DNA of 64,000 nucleotides from Candidatus Woesearchaeota archaeon (GTDB lineage: Archaea > Nanobdellota > Nanobdellia > Woesearchaeales > ARS49). The position numbers and the translations under genes are program-made. Of the stretch, positions 18,733-28,507 are shown piece by piece. Under the pieces are notes generated by a model that was given only the letters and a program-made list of their open reading frames with translations, was not told where the DNA came from and did no database searches. The first letter of the stretch is position 1, and every line of letters begins with the position of its first letter. The stretch is from assembly GCA_037445145.1 (NCBI GenBank), contig JBBILB010000001.1, positions 36,637-100,636 of the forward strand, written 5' to 3'.

Positions 18733-20286
18733 TCACAATAATGCCGCAATAAGCCCTGCCAATAGCGCATAGCCGATTGCTGGCAGCAGGTTTATCCTTA
18801 TGATGCGTCCTTCTTCGCCGTGCAGGCCGACAGTGGCAGAAGCCGCAATCACGTTGTGCACTGCAATCATGTTGCCGACTGCTCCGCCGACGTTCTGCAG
18901 AGCCAGTATCAGGATTGGTGAGAGCCCGACTGCAACTGCAGTTTCAAGCTGGAAAGTGCCGAACAAAAGGTTTGATACTGTGTTGCTTCCTGCTATGAAG
19001 GAGCCGAGCAGTCCGAGGATTGGTGATAAATAAACGAACATTTTTCCAAAACCCGCGAGCGCATCGCCGATTATGGCAGGCATGCTTGCCAGCCCTGAAA
19101 GGTTGTTGCCTGAATTCATTATTAATTGCACTGATGCAACTGCAAAAACAAGCGCTATTGCGGGATTTTTTAACGGCTTGAATGCATTCGCGACTGATGA
19201 AGTAATAGCTCTTCCTGAAAGCCTGTACAAACACCACGTAATTACACAAACAGCCAAAAACAGGAATCCTGGCGAATAAATTGGCGTGAATGTGTAGTCA
19301 GCTCCTGGAATGCGTATTGCCACTTTTTTCATCAAGTCGCCAATTCCCAGCTCCCTGATCCTTGTTATTACCAGCAATATGCCCAGGAACGTGTAGGGGA
19401 AGAACGCCTTCCATACGGGCAATTTCGATGAATAAACCGCTTTTTTTGTCTTATGCCCGCCAAAAGTCCATGAATGTTTTGGAACAAAAAAACCGGCGCG
19501 CGTGGTAATGGCAAGAATTGCAAGCCCAATAACGCCCCCGAGTATGGAAGGCACTTCCGGACCAAAAAATTTGGCAGAAAAATAATAGGGGATTGTGAAG
19601 CACAAGCCCGCCCATATTGCGTAAGGCGCGATGGCAAGCCCATCTTTCCACGACTTGTTTTTCCCAAAAAACCTTGTTAATATGCAGACCATCATTAAAG
19701 GCACGAGAGTTCCAATAGTTGCGTGAATCAACGCGGTTGTGACAGCAATGCTTGGGAGAATGTTTTTCATGCCTTCCGGAAGTATTGTGCTGATTCCGAG
19801 AATTATTGGTGTTCCTGCTGCGCCAAATGATACCGCTGTGCTGTTTGCAACCAATGATACTATGACTGCTGCTATTGCCGGAAAGCCGATGGATGCCAGT
19901 AATGGCGCTGCCAGTGCTGCAGGCGTGCCGAATCCTGCTGCTCCCTCAATAAAGCTGCCGAAAAGCCAGGCAACAAGGATTGCCTGAAGTCTTCTATCGC
20001 CTGATAATGAAGCAAGTGTGTTGTTTATTGTTTCTATCGCCTTGCTTTTTTGTAGTGTCCGCAGGAGCAGCAAAGCGCCGAATACGATGAACAATATGTC
20101 AATTGCAACCAGCAAACCCTTCAATGAGGATGCAATGATGCTTGTGACAGGAACCGCCCAGACAAAGATGCTAAGAACCGCTGTTATGAACCATGCTACA
20201 GGCATTGCCCTGCTTGCCGGCCACTTCATTATCACGATTAGCAAAAATATCAGGATTATCGGCAATAACGCGTATAACAGCAGCAT
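18733..20286 (-). CDS. lctP: L-lactate permease (LctP family)
   Basis: [53 protein letters not shown]. Confidence 0.92.
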   Translation of the reverse strand: MLLLYALLPIILIFLLIVIMKWPASRAMPVAWFITAVLSIFVWAVPVTSIIASSLKGLLVAIDILFIVFGALLLLRTLQKSKAIETINNTLASLSGDRRLQAILVAWLFGSFIEGAAGFGTPAALAAPLLASIGFPAIAAVIVSLVANSTAVSFGAAGTPIILGISTILPEGMKNILPSIAVTTALIHATIGTLVPLMMVCILTRFFGKNKSWKDGLAIAPYAIWAGLCFTIPYYFSAKFFGPEVPSILGGVIGLAILAITTRAGFFVPKHSWTFGGHKTKKAVYSSKLPVWKAFFPYTFLGILLVITRIRELGIGDLMKKVAIRIPGADYTFTPIYSPGFLFLAVCVITWCLYRLSGRAITSSVANAFKPLKNPAIALVFAVASVQLIMNSGNNLSGLASMPAIIGDALAGFGKMFVYLSPILGLLGSFIAGSNTVSNLLFGTFQLETAVAVGLSPILILALQNVGGAVGNMIAVHNVIAASATVGLHGEEGRIIRINLLPAIGYALLAGLIAALL

Positions 20287-20308
20287 TTGTCATCCTCTTT
20301 TTGATTTA

Positions 20309-20381
20309 AGCCTCCGGCGAGAGTTGCACTCGCGACCTCCTGCTTACGAGGCAGGTGCTATAGCTACTAAGCTACGGAGGC
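20309..20381 (-). tRNA. tRNA-Thr(CGT)
   Basis: Cloverleaf GCCTCCG/CGGAGGC, anticodon arm CCTGC-CTCGTAA-GCAGG; atypical T-loop TGCAACT. Confidence 0.88.
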
Positions 20382-20390
20382 AAGCATTAC

Positions 20391-20549
20391 TTATTTCAGC
20401 TGCGCAAGAATGTCTTCTTTTTTCGGGAATTTTTTCTGGCATTCAAAGCATATTGTGTGCTGTTTTCCCTTTTCGTCCTTCACAATTGTGCCGAGTATTT
20501 TTCCCAGGAATGTTTGCTGGATTGGTTTCTTGCACAGCTCACATTTCAT
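20391..20549 (-). CDS. Small CxxC...CxxC zinc-finger protein (52 aa, not in the ORF track)
   Basis: Translated by hand: MKCELCKKPIQQTFLGKILGTIVKDEKGKQHTICFECQKKFPKKEDILAQLK*; TTTATAAA ~25 nt upstream. Confidence 0.75.
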   Translation of the reverse strand: MKCELCKKPIQQTFLGKILGTIVKDEKGKQHTICFECQKKFPKKEDILAQLK

Positions 20550-20602
20550 AAGCACATTGTCGTCAGCGAGGATTTATAAATGTCACTCTTTCTGAAAGCA
20601 CT

Positions 20603-22363
20603 ATGCCAAGAATTGCAATAGTGCACAAGGAACGGTGCAACCCAAAAGGGTGCGGAGGTTATCTCTGCATCCGCATCTGCCCTATGAACAGGCAGGGCTT
20701 GGAATGCAAGACAATTGACCCTGTTGACCAGAAGATTAAGATAAATCCGGAACTGACTTCTGATGCCTGCTCAATATGCCAGAACAGGTGCCCTTTTGGC
20801 GCAATAAGCATTATTAATCTTCCTGAGGAGTTCGCAAAGCAGCCAGTGCACCAGTACGGAATTAACGGCTTCCACTTGTACAATCTTCCAATGCCTGTTT
20901 TTGGCAAGGTTGTTGGGATAGTCGGCAGGAACGGCATTGGGAAATCAACAGCAATAAGGATTCTCGCAGGGCAGTTAATGCCTAATCTTGGAACTGGGAA
21001 GGAAGCAAGCCAAAAGGAATTGCTTGAATACTTCAAGGGAACAGAGGCGCAGGTGTTTTTTGAGCAATTGGCAAGAGGCGAGATAAAAGTCAGTTACAAG
21101 CCACAGCACATTGACCAAATCCAAAAGAGTGCAAAAGGGAAAGTAAAGGAATTGCTTGAGAGAGTAAACGAGACAAAGAAATTAATGAGTGTTGCAAAGG
21201 CGCTTGGCATAGACCACATCCTGAACAATGATATCGCGACTGTGTCTGGCGGTGAAATGCAGAGGATTGCGATTGCTGCTACTGTGCTGAAAAAGGCAAA
21301 CCTGTATGTTTTTGATGAGCCAACTTCTTATTTGGACATCAGCCAGCGCGTCAGGGTTGCAAAATTCATCAAGGAATTGGCTAATGAGCAGACTGCTGTG
21401 CTTGTTGTTGAGCACGACCTGATAATTCTTGACTTTATGACAGACCTCATCCACATAATGTTTGGGGAAGAAGGTGCTTATGGCATTGTAAGTGTTCCAA
21501 AGCCTGCAAGAAACGGAATCAATGCATACCTTGAGGGCTTCATTAAGGAGCAGAACATGAGATTCCGGCCTTACGCAATTACTTTCTTTGCGAGGCAGCA
21601 GGGGCAGAAGAAATTCATAAAGAAACTGACGGGCTGGCAGGAGATGAGGAAAAAGCTTGACCAGTTCTCGCTGGACGTGCAGCCCGGTTCTGTGAATGCA
21701 CATAGTGTCGTCGGCGTGCTTGGTGAGAACGGCACTGGAAAAACAACTTTTGTCAAAATGCTTGCGAATGTCTTGAAGCCTGATTCTGGAGAGGTTGAGA
21801 TTCCTGTCAGGGTTGCTTACAAGCCGCAATATCTTGATTCATCATCAGAGGAGCTTGTAAGCACTGCTTTGCAAAGCGCGATTGGCAAGTACGAAGTCCA
21901 GCTTATCCGGCCATTGGACATAAAGCAGTTATTGCTCAAGCAGATGAATGCTCTTTCAGGCGGAGAATTGCAGAGGGTTGCGATTGCTCACTGCCTTTCG
22001 CAGGATGCCGATTTGTATTTGCTTGATGAGCCGTCTGCTTATCTTGATGTTGAGCAAAGGCTTGCTGTTGCAAAGACAATCAAGGAAGTTGCAGAGCAGA
22101 GAGAGGTCACAATTATGGTTGTTGACCACGACCTTCTCTTCCTTGAATATCTTGCTGACGAATTAATGGTTTTTGCAGGTAATCCGGGAAGAACAGGCAG
22201 GGCGCAAGGGCCTTTTGACATGGTTCAAGGCATGAACACATTCCTCAAGGAAATCAACATTACCCTTAGGAGAGATGAGGAAAGCAAGCGTCCAAGAATA
22301 AACAAGCCAGGCTCAAGACTCGACAGAGAGCAGAAAGAAACAGGGAGGTTGTACTACAATTAA
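20603..22363 (+). CDS. rli1: Ribosome recycling ATPase ABCE1/Rli1
   Basis: N-terminal Fe-S Cys cluster, YGINGFHLY, two ABC domains (GRNGIGKST, GENGTGKTT, SGGE.QR), RPRINKPGS. Confidence 0.96.
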   Translation: MPRIAIVHKERCNPKGCGGYLCIRICPMNRQGLECKTIDPVDQKIKINPELTSDACSICQNRCPFGAISIINLPEEFAKQPVHQYGINGFHLYNLPMPVFGKVVGIVGRNGIGKSTAIRILAGQLMPNLGTGKEASQKELLEYFKGTEAQVFFEQLARGEIKVSYKPQHIDQIQKSAKGKVKELLERVNETKKLMSVAKALGIDHILNNDIATVSGGEMQRIAIAATVLKKANLYVFDEPTSYLDISQRVRVAKFIKELANEQTAVLVVEHDLIILDFMTDLIHIMFGEEGAYGIVSVPKPARNGINAYLEGFIKEQNMRFRPYAITFFARQQGQKKFIKKLTGWQEMRKKLDQFSLDVQPGSVNAHSVVGVLGENGTGKTTFVKMLANVLKPDSGEVEIPVRVAYKPQYLDSSSEELVSTALQSAIGKYEVQLIRPLDIKQLLLKQMNALSGGELQRVAIAHCLSQDADLYLLDEPSAYLDVEQRLAVAKTIKEVAEQREVTIMVVDHDLLFLEYLADELMVFAGNPGRTGRAQGPFDMVQGMNTFLKEINITLRRDEESKRPRINKPGSRLDREQKETGRLYYN

Positions 22364-22926
22364 GCCCTTCCCCGGCTCTGCCCTTTAACCACGCCTGCTG
22401 CAATGAGGTGCGCCACTCTCAATGGTTCTGGGATGAATGCTCTTGTTGTGGTTATTCTGAGCAGTTCTTTTACTGATTTCAGGTCTGTTCCTGCGTACTG
22501 CACGTAGACTTTTTCTATTTTGGTTGGCTTTGGCAGTTTTTTTATGATTGAAATGGCTTTTTTCTTCCCGAGCCACTTCAGAACCCTGAATATTTCTTTC
22601 AGGTCAGGATAATTCCGCACAACAACAACTACAGGCCTGCGCGTGAGCTTGTGAAGCTTGTAAATGTCTACAACATTAAAGCCGCCGACTGCCACTCCTT
22701 TGAGCATTATTGCCTGCAGTTGTGTCCTGAACCTGCTCTTGTTTATCATTGAGGCGATTTTTTCTGTTGCGTCAGTGCCGTCAACTGTTGCGTAAGTTGA
22801 GACAACCCCGTCTGGAAAGACACCTCCGCGATACACAACCCCAACAACCAGCACTTTTTTGTCTTTGCGCTTCACAAAAGGGCTGTCATCAATTCCTATA
22901 ACACGGGCTTCGGTTTTCACATTCAT
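22360..22926 (-). CDS. DUF99 / endonuclease V-like family protein
   Basis: RVIGIDDSPF, VDGTDAT, GGFNVVDI, PEPLRVAHLIA. Confidence 0.88.
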   Translation of the reverse strand: MNVKTEARVIGIDDSPFVKRKDKKVLVVGVVYRGGVFPDGVVSTYATVDGTDATEKIASMINKSRFRTQLQAIMLKGVAVGGFNVVDIYKLHKLTRRPVVVVVRNYPDLKEIFRVLKWLGKKKAISIIKKLPKPTKIEKVYVQYAGTDLKSVKELLRITTTRAFIPEPLRVAHLIAAGVVKGQSRGRA

Positions 22927-22974
22927 TGCTACAGACGACAGATTTATATATTTAGCGCAACGGCAGTGCAGACA

Positions 22975-24615
22975 ATGAAAATCGACAACAAAATCTTCTC
23001 GCTCTGGAAAAGGACATGCCCTTTGTCAGCTTTCTGCTCAGGATTAAAGCAATACGCAGGCAAAGTCTGGATTCCTACGAGGGAAAATGAGAAAAAAGCA
23101 TTGGCAGAAATTGACAAACTGCTGAAAAAGTGCAAAAAGGACAGGGTTGCAAGAAAGCTGCTTTTGTCATACAGGAGAAGCCTTCTTTTTGAGGAACCAA
23201 ATGACCCGCCAGGCGCAGTGATGAGCTATTTTTACAATCATTTTCTGATTGAGGGCTTTAGGGAAACCCACATTAGGAAGCTCGCTGACGGCTGCTCAAG
23301 GAGTTTGGATGTTAAAAAGTATCTTTTGAAAAAAGACTGGCCTGCTGAACTGAAAATCTTGACAGTCCTTTCCTGCGATGGCGCGCTTGGAGTCATTGCG
23401 ACAGCTAAAAACAATGTCAAAAAGGAAATCACAAAGAAAAAACTTGATTTTTTGGCAGAAAAAGTGAAGGAATGGCGCAGTGCCTGCCTCGTTGGCAAAA
23501 TAAGGAAAGGCGACTTCACAGAGGTTTTCCCGCTGTTAAAGAGGTATGGCAAAGGGTTCAGGCGCGAAAAAATATATCCAAAGCTTCTGAAAGACTTTTA
23601 TGACTATCCTGAATCTGCAAAAGAGATTGAAGCAAAGGCAACTGCGTGGATTGAGGAGGAAATGCCAAAGCTGAAAGCCATCAGCGCAAAGCTTGCCTCA
23701 AAGCTGGACTGCAAAAACAGCATTTCTGAGATTGACAGGGCGATAAAGAAAAAATACAACGTGCCTTTAAGCAGGCTTATCAAGACAATACTTGACACAA
23801 GAAAGCTCTTGCAGGACATTGCAGAAGAAAAGCTTGTCAAAATCACCCCTAAATATGATGTCAGGGTTATTGAGACTCCGAAATACATGGTTCCTTTCAT
23901 GCCTTCTGGCGCAATGAGCCCTATGGGAACACTGACAAAGAAGCCGTTCTGCATTTATTTCGCGACAACGGACAAGCGCGGAAGCCCGAATGACTGTTTG
24001 CCTGAGATTTTCCAGCTTACAATTCATGAGGAGCACGGCCACTGCGTTAATTTCATGAACAGCTACACAGGATTTTTAGGAAAGCTCAGGCTTGTTGAGA
24101 TTCTTGGTTCTTCTTTGGATACTCCGATAACAGAAGGGTTGAGTTTTCACCGCGAAATTGAGTTTTTGGAACTGTTCAGGCATTTGGAGCACGAATACAG
24201 GCCGAGCAAGGCAGAAAAAAACATGCTGAAATTCATCAATCAATATTCTGATTTGGAGACTTTCAATGATGCAATGGAATACGTTGTGAGAAAATGGCGT
24301 GTTGGAAGGTTTTTCAGGGCAATTTCAGACAGCAGGGTAAATTCTGGAAAGCAAAAATATGCCGATTTTGTTGAATGGGCTCATAAAAAAACAGGCTTGC
24401 CAAAGAAAAGAATCTTTGACCTTACTTTCAGCTTCTTTGAAAGCCCAGGATACTCGCCAAACTACAGCATTTTTGGCCAAAGACTGGCAGAATTGCAAAG
24501 AAAAGCAATGTCAAAAGGCATCTCCAGGGTAGAATTCAATACTTTTGTCGCTAGCAAGGGCTTCCCAGCAAGAAAAATTTTTGAAAAACAGCTAAAGGAC
24601 AAGTTTAAGCTCTAA
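22975..24615 (+). CDS. DUF885-like putative zinc metallopeptidase
   Basis: HEEHGH zinc-type motif, downstream TEGLS, and PGYSPNYSIFG resembling DUF885 motifs. Confidence 0.55.
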   Translation: MKIDNKIFSLWKRTCPLSAFCSGLKQYAGKVWIPTRENEKKALAEIDKLLKKCKKDRVARKLLLSYRRSLLFEEPNDPPGAVMSYFYNHFLIEGFRETHIRKLADGCSRSLDVKKYLLKKDWPAELKILTVLSCDGALGVIATAKNNVKKEITKKKLDFLAEKVKEWRSACLVGKIRKGDFTEVFPLLKRYGKGFRREKIYPKLLKDFYDYPESAKEIEAKATAWIEEEMPKLKAISAKLASKLDCKNSISEIDRAIKKKYNVPLSRLIKTILDTRKLLQDIAEEKLVKITPKYDVRVIETPKYMVPFMPSGAMSPMGTLTKKPFCIYFATTDKRGSPNDCLPEIFQLTIHEEHGHCVNFMNSYTGFLGKLRLVEILGSSLDTPITEGLSFHREIEFLELFRHLEHEYRPSKAEKNMLKFINQYSDLETFNDAMEYVVRKWRVGRFFRAISDSRVNSGKQKYADFVEWAHKKTGLPKKRIFDLTFSFFESPGYSPNYSIFGQRLAELQRKAMSKGISRVEFNTFVASKGFPARKIFEKQLKDKFKL

Positions 24616-25760
24616 CGGAACCTGTAAAGTATCAAAGGAACCTGCATTTCTTGCTTGCTTATTCCGCCATGCATGCCTATTAATGGTGTGTGAAAGTCAA
24701 GCATTGTCTTATTTTTCTTGCAAAACACAATGAAATCACCTGCTCTCTCCATAACAAGCGGGTTGATTTTGCCTTTTCCAAATATTCCTGCTGAGATTGC
24801 TTCTTCAGAAGGGACAATGTAGCAGTGTTTTGCAAGTTTTTTCCTGAAATAATCCTTCACAAACTCCTTTTTTCCTTTCTTGCAGTGCAAATAATTGATT
24901 CTTGCCTCGCCAGAAGTTGCCTTTAGCGCAGAATACAGCCGCGGATACTTTTGGTATCTTATCAATTTGGCAGGGTTTGTGTTTATTCCGCCATGGTCCG
25001 CACTGATAACAAGCAAAGTTTTCTTGGCGCGAGCCAGCCCGAGTTTTGCAAACTGGTTGTTGATGTATGAGAGCAAAAGCATTGTGATTATTGCATTGGT
25101 TCCGTAATGATGGCAGGCAGAATCATAGTCTGGCATGTAAGCATAAATGTATGCCTTGCCTTTCTTCGTTATCAGTTTTCTAAGCTTTTTGAACAGTTCA
25201 GGAATTGTTTTGTAGCCAACATATTCTGCCCCGGCATTCTGGATGGCAGAAAGCCTTGTTTTTTGCAGGTTTGAAGGCATGACTATGAATGACTTGATTC
25301 CTGCCTTTTTTAGCAGTTGATAAACGGTTGTGAAAGGATAAATCTTTTTCAGGTTGAGATTTACTGGCTTGTCTGATTTTATGCTCCTGAACCGCAGCAT
25401 GTCAACGACTTTGTTTTTTTCTGGCAGGTACTGCGTGTACCCAAGAACACCGTGCTCGGACGGGAAGAGTCCTGTTGCAAAAGACAAGGCGCTGGTTGAT
25501 GTTGTTGGAGGAAAAACGGCGCTTATTGGCTTTTTCTGCATGTGTTTTCTAAGGAATGCCTGTTTTGGCAGCGTCTTTACTGCGCTGTATCCCATTGCGT
25601 CAACAACAAAGAAAACAATCTTGTCAGCGCCTTTTGCTGCATTGAGTAATTTATTCAGCGGCTTGTGCACCGGCTCTGCCTTAAAATGGGCAAGGACAGA
25701 GTTTATAATGCTTACTGTGCTGTTGTAGTTTGGGACTTTGAACCCTTTTATTTTCAGCAT
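24612..25760 (-). CDS. Alkaline-phosphatase-superfamily nucleotide pyrophosphatase/phosphodiesterase
   Basis: VVDAMG, VFPPTTS, TGLFPSEHG, YDSACH, SADHG, GMHGG. Confidence 0.88.
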   Translation of the reverse strand: MLKIKGFKVPNYNSTVSIINSVLAHFKAEPVHKPLNKLLNAAKGADKIVFFVVDAMGYSAVKTLPKQAFLRKHMQKKPISAVFPPTTSTSALSFATGLFPSEHGVLGYTQYLPEKNKVVDMLRFRSIKSDKPVNLNLKKIYPFTTVYQLLKKAGIKSFIVMPSNLQKTRLSAIQNAGAEYVGYKTIPELFKKLRKLITKKGKAYIYAYMPDYDSACHHYGTNAIITMLLLSYINNQFAKLGLARAKKTLLVISADHGGINTNPAKLIRYQKYPRLYSALKATSGEARINYLHCKKGKKEFVKDYFRKKLAKHCYIVPSEEAISAGIFGKGKINPLVMERAGDFIVFCKKNKTMLDFHTPLIGMHGGISKQEMQVPLILYRFR

Positions 25761-26536
25761 GTTTTCCTCGCAAATGTCAGAAATCCTGTGTGCCCGAATG
25801 CTGCTGTGCTTGGGCGAAGAATGTTTCCTTCCACTTTCCAAGGTCTTTCAATTAGTTCGCAGCTTTTTATGATAAAGAAGTTCTTGTTTTTCATTAGCTC
25901 ATTGACGAAACTCTGCATTTGTGTTGCCTGAATTGTGTATGCAGCCAGATAACCGCCTGTTTTTAGTGCGTTTTGTGCTGTTCTTATTGCATTCCACGGT
26001 TCCGGAACATCCAAGACGAACAGGTCAGCATTTTTTTCAGGAATTTTTTCGTAAATGCTTCCTTTCTTGATTGTCAAATTCTTCAAGCCAAGGAATTTCG
26101 CATTCTCCCTTGCCACACCTATATGTTTGTCAACAACATCATAGCTCACAACCTTCTTGCACAAGTGAGCCAGATAACACGCCAATGCCCCTGAGCCTGT
26201 TCCTGCGTCTATTGAAAAGCTGTCCTTGTTGATTCCCGTTGTTGCCACAATCAAGCCCATGTCTTTTGTTGATATTGTTTGTGGCAGTCGTTTGATGTGC
26301 TTTAAGTCGTCAATGAAGTCAGCGTCAATTATTGTGAATTCTTTGCCCAACGAGCTCTTGATAATGCTTCCTGCTCTCTTTGCAAGCTCTTTTTTTGGGA
26401 TAACACCATATTTTGAGTGAAAATCATTTGTAGGATCAAAGATGTAAAACATTGCTTCTTTTTCAAGCCTGACTTCCTTTTCAAGTTCTGGCACGAACTG
26501 CTTTTGTTCCTTTTTCAGCAGGATTTTGCGCTTCAT
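25754..26536 (-). CDS. trmI: tRNA (adenine-N1)-methyltransferase TrmI/Gcd14
   Basis: KRLPQTI..KD, DAGTGSGAL, LDVPEPW, HTGFLTFARK. Confidence 0.92.
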   Translation of the reverse strand: MKRKILLKKEQKQFVPELEKEVRLEKEAMFYIFDPTNDFHSKYGVIPKKELAKRAGSIIKSSLGKEFTIIDADFIDDLKHIKRLPQTISTKDMGLIVATTGINKDSFSIDAGTGSGALACYLAHLCKKVVSYDVVDKHIGVARENAKFLGLKNLTIKKGSIYEKIPEKNADLFVLDVPEPWNAIRTAQNALKTGGYLAAYTIQATQMQSFVNELMKNKNFFIIKSCELIERPWKVEGNILRPSTAAFGHTGFLTFARKTC

Positions 26537-27090
26537 TTGAGGTCGGCCTCGCCCCAGACAACATTGTATTTTTTGTTGTAAATCGCGACTTTTGAGTATT
26601 TGTTGACGTCAAAGTCGTTTGGCAGGCTGTACGGGTAATTGCCTGTGTGGGAAATGAGTGTTCCAACAATGTAACCATCTGCAGGGTCGCCATTGTGCAA
26701 AACCACAGTCAGCCCTGGTCCTGGTTCTGTATCAAAGCCGCGCAAATTGAGCGACAATGCGCCTCCCAAAGCCCTTACTATCTGGACATTTCCGTTTGTT
26801 TCGTGCACGACCTTGTGGAAGTATCCCTGCTTTAGCACTGTCGGCTCAAGTGCAGTGGTTGGTCCTGGCGAGACTTGCCCTGATGCTGCAAAAACTTCCT
26901 GCATTATTTCATAAGGCGATTTTGCTGGCTCTGAAGCTGACTGTGGCAAAGGCGCTGGTGCCGGCTCAGAAGTTGCAGGTGCTACAACAGGTACGGGCTG
27001 CGCTTCTGGGGCTGCTGGTCGTATTTGTGGGGTTGCGGGCTGGCATCCTGTCAAGAACATTGCCAGAATCAGTGCAATTATTTGTTTCAT
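26533..27090 (-). CDS. Lipoprotein with Pro/Ala-rich linker and DM13 domain
   Basis: Lipobox-like FLTGC; HETNG.V, GPGL.V.L, GNYPYSLP, YSKVAIY, WGEADL. Confidence 0.78.
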   Translation of the reverse strand: MKQIIALILAMFLTGCQPATPQIRPAAPEAQPVPVVAPATSEPAPAPLPQSASEPAKSPYEIMQEVFAASGQVSPGPTTALEPTVLKQGYFHKVVHETNGNVQIVRALGGALSLNLRGFDTEPGPGLTVVLHNGDPADGYIVGTLISHTGNYPYSLPNDFDVNKYSKVAIYNKKYNVVWGEADLK

Positions 27091-27110
27091 AATCATCACA
27101 ATTATTGATA

Positions 27111-27184
27111 AGCCGCGGGAGGGATTTGAACCCCCAAATGATCGCTCTGCAGGCGATTGCCTTGCCGGATTTGGCTACCGCGGC
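27111..27184 (-). tRNA. tRNA-Cys(GCA)
   Basis: GCCGCGG/CCGCGGC acceptor stem, ATCGC-CTGCAGA-GCGAT anticodon arm, GTTCAAAT T-loop, U73. Confidence 0.93.
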
Positions 27185-27283
27185 AGACAATAATATAAGG
27201 ATGTATCTTGTTTAAAAAAGTATCTCACAAAGCTGTGTTTTTCCTGTAACATTTATAAAGCTGCAGAAACCAGTGTTTTGTAT

Positions 27284-27358
27284 GGCCCTGTAGCTCAGCC
27301 TGGATAGAGCGTCTGCCTTCTAAGCAGAGGGTCGGGGGTTCAAATCCTCCCAGGGCCG
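27284..27358 (+). tRNA. tRNA-Arg(TCT)
   Basis: GGCCCTG/CAGGGCC acceptor stem, TCTGC-CTTCTAA-GCAGA anticodon arm, GTTCAAAT; TTTATAAA upstream. Confidence 0.95.
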
Positions 27359-27430
27359 TCAGGACATGGGAAACCAGCAAATCATCAGATTGGCGCCGCC
27401 TCCAAAATCTGTGTTATTTTGCTGTGGAGT

Positions 27431-28507
27431 TTACTCAATCCAGTCCTTGTTCTTTATTTTTTCTGGTAAATAATGGTCTGAAATGAACGTGATGCCTCGG
27501 GCGCTGAGTGCCTGGATTTCTGCTTTTGCGCCGAATGCCTTCATCATTTTGAACTCCCTTTGCCAGACTTTGTTGTTTTTGAACCAGTCGTATTCTGCAA
27601 TTTGTTTCAGGCGGGAAATGTCAACATCCTTGAGCTTTATGAAGTGCTTTTTCAGGTTATATTTTTCTATGTCATCGGATGTTATTCCCAGGTATTTTGC
27701 GTTTGGCAGTGTGAGTGTTTGTGTCATGTGGGCAAGATTAATCGAGCCGAACTTCAGGACAGAATAAATGTAAACCCCATACGGGTCATAGTCGCACAGG
27801 ACATAAATTGGCAGGTTGTGTTCTGTTGAGAGTCTTTGTAACAGCCTTCTGATTCCTCTTGTTGTCTGCCCCTGCGAGCTCATTATGATGCATTTGTGCT
27901 TGTCCCAGAACTTGTCTTCATGCAGTCTTTCCCAAACTGCTGCCTTTTCCATATACAGGACGTATTTTGCATCAACTTTCTTGAGTTTTATCTCTTCAAC
28001 ATTTGACGGAATGCTCCATCCTCCTGAGCCCATTTTGCTCCAGTCTATCGTGTCTCCTTTGTCTTCAATTATGACGTGTCCTGCGACTGAACCGTTCTTG
28101 TTTGCATTCATGTTGAGTTGTTCTCTTGAGAATCCTGTAATAAGCTCCATGTCCTCTATTGCGTTGTCTGACTCGCTTTGCTCGTCAACAAGGTTTGTGT
28201 TTGTCCCCGGCAGTGTCCTCTTTGCCATGTAGAATACGTCCCTGAGGGATGCGTGCTTGTTCAGGTCCAATAACTGCTTTGAAATCTTTGCAACTTCAAG
28301 CGTCTGGACGAATTTCTTGACGTGGCCGACATTAAAGAACATTCTTTCAGCTGTTTTGTTTCCCAATTCCAGTGTCTTTGTTTTTTCGTTATAGACAACG
28401 TTACTAAGCGCTCTTACAGGCACATCAATCTTTGGCGGTTTGCCTTTCTTGATTGATTCCGCAAGCTCTTTTCCGATTTCCTGCAGTTTTTTCTTTGCTT
28501 CATTCAT
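27431..28507 (-). CDS. top6A: DNA topoisomerase VI subunit A
   Basis: LRDVFY (catalytic Tyr), EQSESD, MEK, DYDPYG TOPRIM motif, KAEIQAL. Confidence 0.95.
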   Translation of the reverse strand: MNEAKKKLQEIGKELAESIKKGKPPKIDVPVRALSNVVYNEKTKTLELGNKTAERMFFNVGHVKKFVQTLEVAKISKQLLDLNKHASLRDVFYMAKRTLPGTNTNLVDEQSESDNAIEDMELITGFSREQLNMNANKNGSVAGHVIIEDKGDTIDWSKMGSGGWSIPSNVEEIKLKKVDAKYVLYMEKAAVWERLHEDKFWDKHKCIIMSSQGQTTRGIRRLLQRLSTEHNLPIYVLCDYDPYGVYIYSVLKFGSINLAHMTQTLTLPNAKYLGITSDDIEKYNLKKHFIKLKDVDISRLKQIAEYDWFKNNKVWQREFKMMKAFGAKAEIQALSARGITFISDHYLPEKIKNKDWIE

